Assembly (NCBI GenBank): GCA_977016875.1
Contig: CDRNST010000054.1
Span: forward strand, 124,001 to 188,000
Reading direction: 5' to 3'
DNA length: 64,000 bases
From: Pavona decussata
Taxonomy: Eukaryota
Under the pieces are notes generated by a model, which ran no database searches, was not told where the DNA came from, and saw only the letters and a program-made list of their open reading frames with translations. Within the stretch, counting starts at the first letter, position 1; the number at the start of each line of letters is the position of its first letter. Shown in pieces: positions 62,254 through 64,000 of the stretch. The position numbers and the translations under genes are program-made.

Positions 62254-62435
62254 TATAGAGCATTTTCATTTACGTGACTACCTCCCATATTGGTTTACTG
62301 AAACAAAGGAAAGTATTTGCATGAAAAATAGAGTTCAATTCCCAGAGGTTTAGTTTGGGACACCAACATGGCCATCATTTCTTTGTTTTGGGACACCATC
62401 ATGCCCGCCGTGACATCATGAGAAAACACTCTATA
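62254..62435. mobile_element. Short MITE of a common coral-type family
   Basis: TATAGAGCATTTTC ... GAAAACACTCTATA inverted ends; internal GGACACCAACATGGCC. Confidence 0.75.
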
Positions 62436-64000
62436 ACACAAGCGTTGAAGTAAGTTGAAAAAACAAATGAATTTGTGTTACAAAATGCGATTGAAGAGTG
62501 ATTTCTGGAGTGATAGCGATCAAGACATTGTTTGTTTGTTTACCTTGCGGTTTAAGCAGTGTCTAATTGGTGGCTTAATGATGGTGTTTTGACACGCAAG
62601 CAAGTTGATATTCAGGATATTTTGTTGCTGTTTTGCTTAGAAAGCAGGACTGAGTTAACGTGTCAAGAAATTTTGTCTAGTACGCTCATTCCACACAAAT
62701 ACACACGCTGTTCGTGGTAGACCCACACTAAAAAATGTTGAGTGATTTTGGAACGGGTCGGTGCGCGAATTCAAAGAAAAAGCAAGAGACATTCAATGAT
62801 ACCAAGTGGACTAATGGACAGATTGTCAAAAAAATAAAATGGAAAGCAGTTCCTCCACTTTCGTACCTCTTGTGGTAAATGGAGTGATTTTCCTGATTGT
62901 TTTCTTGATTTTGTGCGGAAAAGTAAGTGTCCAAATACTCGTTTTTTTTCTATATATAATCATGTATTTTGGCACGTTCCACATCTGAGATGTTCATGAT
63001 TGTGCATTGTCAGGAAAATCTGTTGTAATTGTGTTTGATGATCACAGTGATGTGTCAGAGAAAGCTATGAAGGTAACTGTACCTAGTCTACCAAATGAAA
63101 ATGGTGTTCCAGTGAAAATAAGCATAATTGAATTGAGATCTTGTCAAGCAAAGTTATTTTTAGCAAAAATAATCATGGGTGTGTGTTTCAAGGCAATTGT
63201 GCGCCTAGTAGAATACCAGTGAAAAAGCTGAAACATCTGTCATAGAAATTCCAGAAAATAAGGATTTGGGTGGAAAGGTATTCACACAAACAGTCCTTTG
63301 TCATTATGTTAGATGCAATCATGGCTACAAAGCACGACATGTTTAGTAATGTATTAGCGGCAATTTGTTTATACATCTTTTGCGTGACATTTTCTGTTGA
63401 ACTACATCTTGTTTATCGCAAATACAAAGGGCTAGATCATAAATTTTGCCAACAAAGGTAGAGTATTTTTCCACTTTAAGAGTCTTTGTAGCCGAAATAG
63501 AACCTGATATATCATATTTTCATACTTGTCCCAACGGCCAGTCATGACGCTAAACAAAACAAAAAAATGTGTCATAACACTTGCCAGCTCTTCTTTCAAC
63601 TTAGGCAGTTTTCACTTGCAAATAAATATCCTTGCCACACTCGGCACATTGTCATAATTTGGATCATAACTTTTGCTATCAAAGAAGGAGTATATTGCCG
63701 TTTTTTACAGTGCGTTTCACAAAACTTTTGACGAACGGTTTCCGAAGTTCATTTCGAATTCCCGAAGTTCACCACGAACTTCGCAATTTCATTACGCAGT
63801 TGTCAATCAAATCGCGAGCTTGAGAACGAAGTGTTGAATTTCACGTGCCAGTTCGAAGGTTCACAAGTTACGAATTGCTTTTGATGCGCGTGGAAAATTG
63901 AACTGGATAAATAATGGCAGATTTATCAAATTGGATGGAAACCTTCAAGGACAAAATGGATGATAAAAGTTATCAGATCATTTTTGAAACACTCGCTGCT

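Overview
Eukaryotic, AT-rich, transposon-saturated window. The MITE families and degenerate protein families look like those of cnidarian (probably scleractinian coral) genomes; this is inferred from recognition, not from a search. No ordinary host gene is securely identifiable. In order, the window holds: an 84-bp tandem repeat; a protein-kinase pseudogene split by a TTAA MITE, plus an inverted paralogous tail; an apparently intact 7.6-kb Mutator/MULE element (9-bp TSD, palindrome-array TIRs, spliced transposase); a KolX/P2X7-ballast-like pseudogene next to a Kolobok element; Harbinger, hAT, Penelope, CR1/L2 and RTE fragments; a near-complete piggyBac; a degenerate HUH-endonuclease + SF3-helicase (Rep/NS1-like) gene converging on a Tc1-type DD34E transposase, interrupted by a Penelope element with a hammerhead remnant that itself holds a piggyBac derivative; a Ginger element (integrase + OTU + F-box-like) inside a Zisupton/HMGXB3-like gene; a tyrosine recombinase remnant; a second Kolobok transposase interrupted by a 5'-inverted L1/Tx1 insertion with a 13-bp TSD; Gypsy and BEL/Pao remnants; and a RING-type pseudogene. 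The best candidates for something undescribed are the Rep(HUH-SF3) + Tc1 composite unit and the twin-priming-type inversion in a non-mammalian Tx1. All family assignments come from motif recognition by eye.
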